Sequence record: PZ386964.1
Direction: 5' to 3' (one strand)
Length of the DNA: 64,000 nt
From: a phage
The notes under the pieces are model-generated. The model did not search any database. It was given only the letters and a program-made list of their open reading frames with translations, and had not been told where the DNA came from. Made by a program: the position numbers and the translations under genes. This document shows positions 35,157-44,116 of this stretch, piece after piece (within the stretch, counting starts at the first letter, position 1; each line of letters opens with the position of its first letter).

Positions 35157-35459
35157 ATGACTACTTTAATCTCTTCCATCCTTACTTACGACGAAGACCG
35201 CTTAACCGTTCGCTCTCTTATCGCCGCCGTTAACGCGGAACTAGAATCTAGCGCCATTAAGGTCCGCGCGGTCGCCTTCATCGGCCTTTCCTTCGACGAT
35301 ATGAAGTATGCCGAACGTAGCGCTATCCGCTTCGCGAAGACCGACGACGAAGCCGTTACCCTTATCGAGACGGTTACGCCGCGCGGCGAAGCGTTAATTA
35401 TCGTCGAGTATATCGACGTAGAAGGCGATAAGGCTTATAAATATTTTATCGCAGAATAA
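35157..35459 (+). CDS. Small acidic protein, possibly a third member of the same family
   Basis: 100 aa; GGGAG site; promoter TTTACT, 16 bp, TATACT upstream; acidic composition similar to the flanking paralogs. Confidence 0.5.
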   Translation: MTTLISSILTYDEDRLTVRSLIAAVNAELESSAIKVRAVAFIGLSFDDMKYAERSAIRFAKTDDEAVTLIETVTPRGEALIIVEYIDVEGDKAYKYFIAE

Positions 35460-35470
35460 CGAAAAAGTGC

Positions 35471-35499
35471 TTTACTTCTTCGTACACTAAGACTATAAT
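35471..35499 (+). promoter_or_regulatory. Sigma70-like promoter for acidic paralog B
   Basis: -35 TTTACT (35471-35476), 17-bp spacer, -10 TATAAT (35494-35499). Confidence 0.55.
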
Positions 35500-35567
35500 G
35501 TTTTATATCGAGAGGGGGATGAGGTAGCGAATAGGTCGCTACCCTCCCGACCAACTAGGAGATTATT

Positions 35568-35858
35568 ATGATTACTTTAGCCGCTATCCGTAACGCTCGC
35601 GCCGAAACTTCCGAAAACTCTAACGTATTTGGCGAAAAACTTAAAAACGTTTATCTCTTTAACGTAGATGCGACTATCGAGGAGCTTCATAGTCCTATCG
35701 ATTTTAGCGAATTTACGGAACTCGAAGAGGAAGATATTTCTACCTTCCGCGTTACTATCGAAGGCAAGGTTTATTTTGCTACGGAGTTCGGCGGCGAATA
35801 TCTCGCGGTATCCGAAGGCGAAGGCCGTTACTCTTTCTTTAAAATCGTCTCCTTATAA
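35568..35858 (+). CDS. Small acidic protein, paralog B
   Basis: 96 aa; AGGAG site; promoter TTTACT, 17 bp, TATAAT upstream; terminator downstream; N-terminal and FxV...G...F.A.E.G motifs shared with paralog A. Confidence 0.55.
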   Translation: MITLAAIRNARAETSENSNVFGEKLKNVYLFNVDATIEELHSPIDFSEFTELEEEDISTFRVTIEGKVYFATEFGGEYLAVSEGEGRYSFFKIVSL

Positions 35859-35878
35859 TACCCTTCCGTTATTAATAG

Positions 35879-35903
35879 GCCGCGCTTAGTCGCGGCTTTT
35901 CTT
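35879..35903 (+). terminator. Rho-independent terminator after acidic paralog B
   Basis: Hairpin GCCGCG-CTTAGT-CGCGGC followed by TTTTCTT. Confidence 0.6.
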
Positions 35904-35905
35904 CG

Positions 35906-36557
35906 TCCCTATCTCGATGCGCTTCTCCGCGAAAACTCCTTTATCCTTCCCTTCTTCGTCGCATAATCTTCATCGAGATGCGCCTTAGTTCGCATAACAG
36001 GTATTACGTTAAATGGAGAACATCGCGTAAGTCCTTGTTTTATATAGACACCTATATCGGACCGTTAGGGCGGGTCGCGTAAGTCGTTGTTTTATAAAGG
36101 CGCAAAACTTTCCCTTCGTTCCGAACTAAAACGAGAAATATGCCGACCCTTCGCCGGAAAATAGTACGCATGCGAAATTACATGCATCTAGAATAATCCC
36201 CACCGATATTATCCTACACGCAATCATTCGCTTTCGAATCATTATGCTTCATATTATTATGCGTCGAATCATTCGCTTTCGAATTGTAACGCTGGAAACT
36301 GTAACGTCGATTGATTATTGCGTTCGTGTGGTTTTTATGGCATGGGTCTTTTGGTGCGTTTTGCTACTTGATGGAATTTGCAGTACACTAATCAAAATAC
36401 GACACATTTGGTCCACTAACTTTTCAAAGAAAAAGTCCTAGACAGTACCGTACTATTTTGTACCCACAGGAAATTTGCAGTACACTCCTGTGCGGCAGGC
36501 AAAATAAAGGGCCGCACCAAGCGACCCACGATTCACGGTTAAATCAACAAGCACCCA
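35906..36557. repeat. ORF-free, repeat-rich ~650-bp region
   Basis: Direct repeat CGCGTAAGTC(C/G)TTGTTTTATA (36014 and 36076); palindrome ATTCGCTTTCGAAT twice (36225, 36270); AATTTGCAGTACACT twice (about 36366 and 36470); hairpin GTGCGGC-14 nt-GCCGCAC. Confidence 0.5.
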
Positions 36558-36938
36558 CTATTCACTCTTATGGGCATCACCAAAGCCATCCGCAATCTGG
36601 CTGATCAGCGATTCAATGGACACAGTTTTACCAATTGATCGAGCGGTAATAGCAAGCATATTATCAATCAAACCGCGATTGACTTCACATGTTCCAGGCT
36701 TTGATTCATCTCCAGGACAACCAAAAAGCTGGTCGCGCAAACTTTCGAGGGAACGCTCAATATTTTCCAGCTTCTCTTCTAAATCGGATTGGCGACGTAA
36801 AACCCATGTTAAGTCGCGGTTGCCGACTTCCAATCCATTATAATCGCAAGATGGAACGTCAATTTTGATACTGGAACCAAAAGCAGTACCGCTGCCTTTA
36901 GTATATGTGTGGCTAATAGAATCATTTTTATTTGACAT
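36558..36938 (-). CDS. Hypothetical protein with coiled-coil segment
   Basis: Internal ATG (MSNKNDSISHTY...) with AAAGG site; last gene of the minus-strand block. Confidence 0.45.
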   Translation of the reverse strand: MSNKNDSISHTYTKGSGTAFGSSIKIDVPSCDYNGLEVGNRDLTWVLRRQSDLEEKLENIERSLESLRDQLFGCPGDESKPGTCEVNRGLIDNMLAITARSIGKTVSIESLISQIADGFGDAHKSE

Positions 36939-37117
36939 ATCATTACCTTTAATATTTGGGTGATTAACAATAACTATAATAAAGCCGCATAGCGCGGCAT
37001 TCAAATCGATTTATTAATCGTGACGATTGGATTTACTTATCCAACCAATCAATAAGCGCAATCATGGCTACAACAAATACTGCACTTATTGCTAATATGA
37101 TCAAAAACATCACGAAA

Positions 37118-37354
37118 TCAACGTTCATCAATCGATACCAATTGTGCAGGGTCGCCGGATACCGTTGCGCCGATGATACCCATCTGAGAGAAAAATTCTG
37201 AATAAACTTCCTTCCAGTACTTGCGCGCAGCTTTCTGGGCTTGACCTTTTCGCTTGTAGCTTTTACCTTGAAAGATGAAGCGGTCTTTTGGAGCGTAATA
37301 CTCCACCACACCTTCCAGCCATTGTAAGAATGCTACTGATTCATTTTGATTCAT
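37118..37354 (-). CDS. Hypothetical protein
   Basis: 78-aa ORF with GAGGT site. A 31-aa hydrophobic ORF (37033-37128, MNVDFVMFLIILAISAVFVVAMIALIDWLDK) overlaps its end and may be a separate small membrane peptide. Confidence 0.45.
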   Translation of the reverse strand: MNQNESVAFLQWLEGVVEYYAPKDRFIFQGKSYKRKGQAQKAARKYWKEVYSEFFSQMGIIGATVSGDPAQLVSIDER

Positions 37355-37361
37355 GTCAACC

Positions 37362-37829
37362 TCAATATTTTAATAAGAAAGCACCCAACCAACTTTCCTC
37401 AACCTCGCGACCAGTAGCCACACGGTCGGTCTTGGCTATGGGTCTGGATTCGCCGCAGGGCAATCCGTCTTGTAGCTGTGTACTATTGCCAATTCTCACC
37501 ATGACCTTTCCATCAGGGTCGATATAAGCGCGACAACCCATTATTTCGAGACGTTGTAGACACTGGCGAATCGTTTTCAGCCTTTCACCGGACCGGATAG
37601 AGCGTGGTCGCGACCGCTGACCGTTCTTATTCACTGTCCGCTTCACAACCGGAATCTCATTGGTGCGTTGCGCTTTCGGTCGGTAGTAGGCTTCTTCTCC
37701 AGGAGTCGCACCTGGTGTCAATTCGCGCTTGAGAGCCTTTTCAATATCGATGATCATAATTATGCCGCTGCAGCGTAAACAATTGCATAAGCGATTCCAA
37801 ACAGCGCGACGATGCATACCGTGCCCCAA
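37362..37829 (-). CDS. Hypothetical basic protein (start codon uncertain)
   Basis: The track's start is a TTG; in-frame ATGs at 37817 and 37757 lack strong ribosome-binding sites. Confidence 0.4.
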   Translation of the reverse strand: MGHGMHRRAVWNRLCNCLRCSGIIMIIDIEKALKRELTPGATPGEEAYYRPKAQRTNEIPVVKRTVNKNGQRSRPRSIRSGERLKTIRQCLQRLEIMGCRAYIDPDGKVMVRIGNSTQLQDGLPCGESRPIAKTDRVATGREVEESWLGAFLLKY

Positions 37830-37850
37830 AATGCAAAGCGTCGTGATTCT

Positions 37851-38060
37851 TTATCCATTGTCCACCGCCCCAATATCAATTAAGAACTTGTGCAAGTCGC
37901 CTTTCTTATTAAGCTTTTGCATAGTTTTGATATCATCAAGTGATATGCCTTGATTGCTTTGTTGTTTGTCAATGCAGACAATGCCGCCTTTCTTAGCCTT
38001 GATTGTCATGCCTTTGGCTTCAATACTTTTTACAAAATCGGACAACACTTTAATTTCCAT
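37851..38060 (-). CDS. Hypothetical small protein
   Basis: ATG (MEIKVL...) preceded by GAGGTG; 69 aa. Confidence 0.45.
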   Translation of the reverse strand: MEIKVLSDFVKSIEAKGMTIKAKKGGIVCIDKQQSNQGISLDDIKTMQKLNKKGDLHKFLIDIGAVDNG

Positions 38061-38141
38061 AAAACACCTCACTTGTTAACGTATAATGAGTATAACTTAA
38101 TAGCGCATAAAGTAAAGGCGCTTTTCAGCGCCTTGAGTGAA

Positions 38142-40424
38142 TTATTTTGCTGCTTTCAGCGCGGCTATCTCTGCCTTGAGTTCATCAATCTGATCCATCA
38201 ATGCGAGAATAGCCTCGTGGTGCAATGCCGCTGCCACTCCGTAAGTGTCGACTGACTTGACATCCTTGACCACGGTCCCATCAGCCAGTTCCATATCACC
38301 TGAAACAGAAACGGCTTCTGGGAAATCAACCTCAACATCTTGAGCCACGAATCCAAAACCTACTTTCGCGCCGTCAGTTTTCAATCGCCATGACACGCCA
38401 TTAATCCTTTTCATCTTGGTCAATGGGTCTTGAATCTTGACAATCTCATCCTTGATTCTGACGTCTGAAGAAGTACCCCAACCGCCAGCGCAAACAGCAT
38501 TACCTGCTTGCAGGAATTGGAAATACTTGTTGGTGCCTGCACCGCCAGCAGTAGTGGTCATTATGGTTACATCGCCATTACGCTCAGAATATACCCGACC
38601 ATACGTTGCTGTGTTGGCACTGTTCTTAAAATCGATGAACGATTGGTTGTTGGTGTTCCCAATGAACGTCGCTTGACCACCACGCGATATAAGCTGCCCT
38701 CTTGCATCAACGTTTCCAGAGCTAGTGATCAAGTTACTTGGAACAATCAAGTTGCCGTTGTCGACAAAATCGAATGCCTGGCTGGCGGCAGTAGTTAAAT
38801 TGGTAACTGTCAATCGCATATAATAATTGCCACCGATAACAGCGCGAATGCGCATGCGACCTTCAGCCTCGACAGCAGTCCCCACTCGATACTCCGACAT
38901 GACGCTGCCGCCGTCAGCGGTCGTGCCTGGACCCGGAATTGCCGCATCACCGTTTATAACAGACCATTGCGTATTCGCGGCAACAAACCCACCCGATGCA
39001 CGAATAACCCAAACGCCAACAAAGTTACGCGGAAGTATGTTGTCAGTTATTGAGTTGCGACCGTAAACAGGACTTGATCTTGAAGCCCTAAAATTTATGT
39101 CGAATGACGCGCTTACTCCAGGGTGACTTGAGTTCCATTGGTTCATAGGAGTTGATTCAGACTTGCCATTCATCCCTAATGCGCCTGACGCATTGTCATA
39201 TGCAGCGGCTTGGAATCCATAAAAACTAGGGATTTCACCAATTATGTTAGGTGCCGCTGCAGCGAATATCAGCCCATCGTCACCAGAGTTGCCGCCATCA
39301 CCTCTTCCAAACAATGCTTGGATAGAACCAGTTTGAACGCCGTTCTTATCAGGCACGCGAAATGTCGTTGTGCCGTTACCCAGAGAATACTTGCCGCGCT
39401 TTGTAGGGTCCGCAAGCCAGTCAGAATCGGCAATAGGGGAAAGCATTTGAGCATATGCCCAAAGCTCAGGCCAGTCTGCACGGTTAAGCAATTGCCCATC
39501 GGCAACAACTTCGTATGGTTGAATATAAGCGCGACTGTCACGCAGATGGAAATCACCTACACCATAGTTCATGACGCCGTTCATGCTTGGTCCAACGGTG
39601 CCTGTGTTTACTAAGTTCTCAACCCAACGCTTGGTTGCAGCATCATAATCGTTAACAGGATCACCAGCCAGCGGAGTTGAACCTTGTGGACGAATGTTTA
39701 ACCATGCTTGAGCATTATCCGCCGAACCAGTGCCGCCCATGGAAGTTGGAACGATGTTTTGATCAGCGACAGAACCAAACCCAAATGTTGTTTTCATTCC
39801 CTGAACTGTCGTTTGCCCTGTTCCGCCGTTGGCAATTGGAATTACATCCTTATCTGTATATATTTTGCGCCACTGAAACCAAGTCTGAGATTCGGCAGAG
39901 TATGCGCGCGCATATATTATTCCACTATCCCAAACGGAATATCTTTGAACGCAAGATTCAGTCAACACTCCTGTTTGTAACACTTCTAAAACGCCAGCCT
40001 TCTGAACAGGATAATTTAAAGAAGGTGAAGCATTCGCATTGCCCTCCTGAAAATACTTACCGAACCATGAACCAGTCAAAGCATTAAGGTTTATCCCAGA
40101 TGGAATTGCTCCAAAATTCCTCTCAGTATTAGTAAGAGTTGCGGCAGTGGTTCGAATAGAAAGCAAATCGCCAGCCGCCCATGCACGCGCTGCAGTACCT
40201 TCCTGTGCACGCTGCACGGTTAGAACGTTCCCAACCACGGCTGTTACTGTGACGATTTCGAATTGGAGGCCTGTTGCAGCGTCGACAATTGTCGCCACTA
40301 CACGCTCGTTTGCGCCCAAAGTCGGAAAGCCCGACCCTGAGCGAATTGTGATTGTGGTGTCTGAAGTCGTCGTTGGTTGAGCCAGCGCGACCTCAAAGTT
40401 GTTTTTGAATATTAGCCTTGGCAT
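38142..40424 (-). CDS. Tail fiber / tailspike protein with C-terminal intramolecular-chaperone (S74-type) domain
   Basis: 760 aa; C-terminus SSDVRIKDEIVKIQDPLTKMKRINGVSWRLK ... ending in a coiled coil resembles the self-cleaving chaperone domain of endosialidase-type fibers. Confidence 0.7.
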   Translation of the reverse strand: MPRLIFKNNFEVALAQPTTTSDTTITIRSGSGFPTLGANERVVATIVDAATGLQFEIVTVTAVVGNVLTVQRAQEGTAARAWAAGDLLSIRTTAATLTNTERNFGAIPSGINLNALTGSWFGKYFQEGNANASPSLNYPVQKAGVLEVLQTGVLTESCVQRYSVWDSGIIYARAYSAESQTWFQWRKIYTDKDVIPIANGGTGQTTVQGMKTTFGFGSVADQNIVPTSMGGTGSADNAQAWLNIRPQGSTPLAGDPVNDYDAATKRWVENLVNTGTVGPSMNGVMNYGVGDFHLRDSRAYIQPYEVVADGQLLNRADWPELWAYAQMLSPIADSDWLADPTKRGKYSLGNGTTTFRVPDKNGVQTGSIQALFGRGDGGNSGDDGLIFAAAAPNIIGEIPSFYGFQAAAYDNASGALGMNGKSESTPMNQWNSSHPGVSASFDINFRASRSSPVYGRNSITDNILPRNFVGVWVIRASGGFVAANTQWSVINGDAAIPGPGTTADGGSVMSEYRVGTAVEAEGRMRIRAVIGGNYYMRLTVTNLTTAASQAFDFVDNGNLIVPSNLITSSGNVDARGQLISRGGQATFIGNTNNQSFIDFKNSANTATYGRVYSERNGDVTIMTTTAGGAGTNKYFQFLQAGNAVCAGGWGTSSDVRIKDEIVKIQDPLTKMKRINGVSWRLKTDGAKVGFGFVAQDVEVDFPEAVSVSGDMELADGTVVKDVKSVDTYGVAAALHHEAILALMDQIDELKAEIAALKAAK

Positions 40425-40462
40425 TTTACGGTCCTCGTTTTGTCGACAACCGTATTATAACC

Positions 40463-40804
40463 TTAATTTCTTTTGAGAGGAATATGACGGTGGCTGCCAT
40501 TATTTGGTTTAATAATGAGCATAAAAACGATTAGAAAGATGATGGCTGATATACTTAATTCAATCAGCGCGGCTTGAGATATAGATTGATCTTCATGATA
40601 CTGCTTTTGCATTTCTGCTTTCTTCTGAGCGCAAACTTCAGGCGATATATAATCACCTTTTGAGTTGCCATAATAAATTTCGCCGTTTTCAGAAATCAGT
40701 CTGCCACAAATATCCGTTTCAGCCTGTGCGCTTGACATCATAATAACAGTTCCGATGATAGCGGCGATAGTCCAGATTAACAGTTGTGATAAAGTGTCGT
40801 TCAT
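40463..40804 (-). CDS. Membrane-associated protein: signal peptide plus C-terminal transmembrane helix
   Basis: Internal ATG with AAGAGG site; MNDTLSQLLIWTIAAIIGTVIMMSSAQA signal-like N-terminus; C-terminal hydrophobic helix SISAIIFLIVFMLII. Confidence 0.5.
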   Translation of the reverse strand: MNDTLSQLLIWTIAAIIGTVIMMSSAQAETDICGRLISENGEIYYGNSKGDYISPEVCAQKKAEMQKQYHEDQSISQAALIELSISAIIFLIVFMLIIKPNNGSHRHIPLKRN

Positions 40805-41000
40805 AATAACCTCTTTAAATTCCCTTCCCATTTCGGGAAGGGTGATGATTATTTTACGCGAAAGAATAGGCGCGTGCCACACAGCGAGTCCCAACGGCCC
40901 TCACCATCCCATATCGACCCAACACCAGCAGCGATTGGGCCAGCAGAATTGGCGGCATTGGCCCAAGCAAGACGTTTCAACTTCCAACTGCACCAACGAT

Positions 41001-41234
41001 TCACAGTTCATCTCCAGATTGCAGAACAAGTCCCGCATAGAGGATTGCCAAGGCCAAAGGTGCACCACCACCAGCCTCTCTATTCTCTTTGATTTGAAGA
41101 GTATCCTTAAGGAATTGCAACTGAACGTTGAATTCATTTTCAATTCCAAGAACCCCAGCCAATTCTTTTACAGAATCTGCACATGCCTTATCTAGCACTT
41201 CTTTTGGTACTTTTAAAGTTAATTCACTTACCAT
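41001..41234 (-). CDS. Hypothetical small protein
   Basis: ATG (MVSELTL...) with GGAG site; the track's longer start is a TTG. Confidence 0.4.
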   Translation of the reverse strand: MVSELTLKVPKEVLDKACADSVKELAGVLGIENEFNVQLQFLKDTLQIKENREAGGGAPLALAILYAGLVLQSGDEL

Positions 41235-41445
41235 TTTCTTTCCACTCCACAAATGTGCTGCCGCTCGCTTCTCTGTTTAGCAGGTATCTGCCGCGCATAC
41301 CATGAAGGCTGAATTCAGCCGTCGATGGATTAGATTTTGAAAGCCATATAGGCTGCCCGTCGAATGGACCGCCTACGCATGTATATTTCGCTTTTGGCTC
41401 ACTCCTTTTGGGCCGTTTTGCCCTCTCTTTTATTGATAGTCTCAT
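41224..41445 (-). CDS. Hypothetical small basic protein
   Basis: 73-aa ORF coupled to the upstream membrane protein gene. Confidence 0.45.
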   Translation of the reverse strand: MRLSIKERAKRPKRSEPKAKYTCVGGPFDGQPIWLSKSNPSTAEFSLHGMRGRYLLNREASGSTFVEWKENGK

Positions 41446-41660
41446 CAGTCTTCACCTTGAGATTCCAGACAAGTAAGGACAAGCCACGTCATCGGAAGAA
41501 TCAAAACCAGAGAAATGAGGGACCAGATAGACCAGCACAAGATGACAGACTTGAATGTGTGAACGTCGCCAAACGCAGCAGTAAAACAGAATCCCATTAC
41601 AAATGCAATAGCTGTGGAATGGTTATCTATGGCTTTGATGGCACGGTCGATGAGTTTCAT
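41445..41660 (-). CDS. Small two-transmembrane-helix membrane protein, holin candidate
   Basis: 71 aa; two hydrophobic helices; GGAGGT site; promoter TTGCCT, 16 bp, TATAAT upstream on the minus strand. Confidence 0.45.
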   Translation of the reverse strand: MKLIDRAIKAIDNHSTAIAFVMGFCFTAAFGDVHTFKSVILCWSIWSLISLVLILPMTWLVLTCLESQGED

Positions 41661-41686
41661 ATTACCTCCGGTTTTGAGTTAATATG

Positions 41687-41714
41687 ATTATAACGCAGAC
41701 TTTCAGAAAGGCAA
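41687..41714 (-). promoter_or_regulatory. Sigma70-like promoter for the holin-candidate / minus-strand fiber block
   Basis: Minus strand: -35 TTGCCT (plus 41709-41714), 16-bp spacer, -10 TATAAT (plus 41687-41692). Confidence 0.5.
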
Positions 41715-41837
41715 ACTTTTTGTGAATTTTAATCAAAAAAATGGCCAGAAAAAATCTGGCCGAAAGATCACCCTTTATCCACTACTAAGCTGGAATCATA
41801 ATTTTACTTGATATAGCTTGTACAAGCAAACTATAAT

Positions 41838-43298
41838 ATGAATAAAATATTAACACATAATTGGAAATTCATGTACCAGTTGAATCCTGCTTTAAAAGAA
41901 GTCTGGAAGACAAAAGCGCGATACAAAGTAATATACGGCGGTCGTGCATCTTCCAAATCGCACGATGCCGCTGGTTTTGCTATTTATTTGGCGGCAAACT
42001 TCAAATTAAAATTCCTTTGCGTTCGACAATTCCAGAACAAGATTTCTGAATCTGTATATACTCTATTAAAAGATAAAATAGAGATTTCTGATTTTAAAGA
42101 TGAGTTCAATTTATTAAAGAACTCTATCGAGCATAAAAGAACTAAATCTGAATTTCTATTTTACGGTATCGCACGTAACGTTGATGAAATTAAATCAACG
42201 GAAGGCGTTGATGTTCTTTGGCTGGAAGAAGCGCACGCACTTACTGAAGAACAGTGGGACATTATTGAGCCGACAATCCGTAAAGAAGGGTCAGAAATAT
42301 GGATCATCTTTAACCCTGATGAAGAGGCCGATTTCGTCTACCAAAACTTTGTTATGCGACCGCCGAAGAATGCCATAGTTAAAAAGATAAACTGGCAAGA
42401 CAACCCATTCTTGTCGCAAACAATGCTGGATGTTATCGCAGGCATGTACGAGCGCGACCCGAAAAAGGCAGAGCACGTTTATGGCGGCGTGCCGAAGACT
42501 GGTGGCGATAAATCTGTAATCAACCGTGCATTCGTTAAGGCCGCGCTAAATCTCCACAAACATCCTACGCTGGGGTGGAGTTTGTCAGGGTCCAACCGTA
42601 TAGGCTTTGACGTAGCGGACGATGGCGACGACCTTAACGCCACTGCATTCGTCACAGGAAACGTATTGCGCGGCATCAAGACGTGGGAAGGTCTGGAAGA
42701 TGAATTGTTGAAATCGGCAAGCGGAGTTTGGAAAGATGCGCTTACATTTGGCGCTTCTATAACTTATGACGCCATCGGTGTCGGCGCTTTTGCTGGTTCA
42801 AAATTTGATGAACTGAACGAGTATGCAATACATGAAAATCCATCATTTCCAAGAATCGAATTTAATGCGTTCAATGCGCAAGGGTCTGTTGATGATCCTG
42901 ATGACGTTTTTCTTGAATTACCACACGTTGAAATACTCAATAAAGACCATTTCGCAAACATAAAAGCGCAAAAGTGGACTGAAATTGCAGAGAGATTCAG
43001 AAAGACATACGAATATGCAACTGGGCAAGCCGTATATCCGACTGATGAATTGATTTCAATCGACACCGATGGCATACCGGAACTTGGGATTCCAGCTTGG
43101 ACTACTGAAGAGATTGAGACGTTTCTTTTTGAGATGTCAGCGCCGCGCAAAGACACTTCTGTTCTTGGCAAGTTCAAAGTTGAATCCAAAAAGGATATGG
43201 CAAAGCGTGGAGTCAAATCACCTAACAAAGCGGACGCAGCAATCATGGCATTGATGAAACCAATCGTTGCAGCATCCGGCTTCTTCTCTAACCTTTAA
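41838..43298 (+). CDS. terL: Terminase large subunit
   Basis: Walker A-like GGRASSKS, Walker B VLWLEEA, C-terminal nuclease motif IGFDVADDGDD; 486 aa. Confidence 0.8.
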   Translation: MNKILTHNWKFMYQLNPALKEVWKTKARYKVIYGGRASSKSHDAAGFAIYLAANFKLKFLCVRQFQNKISESVYTLLKDKIEISDFKDEFNLLKNSIEHKRTKSEFLFYGIARNVDEIKSTEGVDVLWLEEAHALTEEQWDIIEPTIRKEGSEIWIIFNPDEEADFVYQNFVMRPPKNAIVKKINWQDNPFLSQTMLDVIAGMYERDPKKAEHVYGGVPKTGGDKSVINRAFVKAALNLHKHPTLGWSLSGSNRIGFDVADDGDDLNATAFVTGNVLRGIKTWEGLEDELLKSASGVWKDALTFGASITYDAIGVGAFAGSKFDELNEYAIHENPSFPRIEFNAFNAQGSVDDPDDVFLELPHVEILNKDHFANIKAQKWTEIAERFRKTYEYATGQAVYPTDELISIDTDGIPELGIPAWTTEEIETFLFEMSAPRKDTSVLGKFKVESKKDMAKRGVKSPNKADAAIMALMKPIVAASGFFSNL

Positions 43299-43301
43299 CA
43301 A

Positions 43302-43541
43302 TCAAAGCATTCCGTGCTGAAGGTCAAGCTTTCTTGCGGCAAACGACCTGGCACGGAATCGCTTACCCGCTCTTACCGCCTGCCGAATCTTCTTTTGCAT
43401 ACACTTACGGTCAAAATCGTTGCGGTCAACGGCTTCGAGTAAATCCCGACGCAAAGCACCTAGTGTCGCCTTTTCGGATAATTCTACGCCCAGCGCGGCT
43501 GCAACGTCTTTCAAAACATCGAGTTCGGTTAACGTTCTCAC
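43302..43541 (-). CDS. Hypothetical small basic protein
   Basis: 79-aa ORF convergent with terL, between terminase and portal genes. Confidence 0.45.
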   Translation of the reverse strand: MRTLTELDVLKDVAAALGVELSEKATLGALRRDLLEAVDRNDFDRKCMQKKIRQAVRAGKRFRARSFAARKLDLQHGML

Positions 43542-43954
43542 TTGATAATCCCCTTGATGTCTGATTCTGCCATAAAGATTGGAGTGCCGCCGCCAGGAAC
43601 AATCGAGCGCGTTACTTTGTCGAACATATCGTTTTCTTCAACTTGAATACGATAAAATTTATTCTTGGATGAAGATGGGCACAATCCCATGAATTTACCA
43701 ATGCCGCGAACGCATTCATCTTCAAAGTATACTGTTTCACCTTGAATGGATTCGATGTTTTCAACCGGATACACCTTGCGACCTAAAAGCCACTCATCCA
43801 TGGTCGCCTGCAACACGTTTCGCGCATCCAAAATCCAAGGGTCAACTGTGGCACCTTCATATCGCGCAGCAGTGGCTTTTGCCAGCTCTTCATATTCGCA
43901 TACGTTTACTACTTCGCCTTGATGAAGGACGACAAATACAATTGTTGTGCTCAT
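43538..43954 (-). CDS. Hypothetical protein
   Basis: 138-aa ORF coupled to the previous one. Confidence 0.5.
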   Translation of the reverse strand: MSTTIVFVVLHQGEVVNVCEYEELAKATAARYEGATVDPWILDARNVLQATMDEWLLGRKVYPVENIESIQGETVYFEDECVRGIGKFMGLCPSSSKNKFYRIQVEENDMFDKVTRSIVPGGGTPIFMAESDIKGIIK

Positions 43955-44049
43955 TTCAATCTCCTTTCGTTTGGTTAACTAAAATATAACTCAAAATGAT
44001 ACAAAAGCAAAATATTTTATGAACTATTTATGATTACTATACATATCAT

Positions 44050-44078
44050 TTGCTTACAAACACATGAATATTTATAAT
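44050..44078 (+). promoter_or_regulatory. Sigma70-like promoter upstream of the portal gene
   Basis: -35 TTGCTT (44050-44055), 17-bp spacer, -10 TATAAT (44073-44078). Confidence 0.5.
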
Positions 44079-44116
44079 ATAGATTGATTCCCTTTCACTG
44101 TCAGGTGGCGTTAACA

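Noticed and set aside
36225-36285. tRNA gene suggested by a TTCGAATC string
   Set aside because: The string is part of the palindrome ATTCGCTTTCGAAT and lacks the flanking GG...CC T-arm context and any cloverleaf; no tRNA-like structure found by eye here or elsewhere.
36244-36441. 65-aa ORF in the repeat-rich non-coding stretch
   Set aside because: Runs through palindromes and direct repeats, has no ribosome-binding site, and its translation is dominated by Ile/Arg/Val runs; treated as non-coding.
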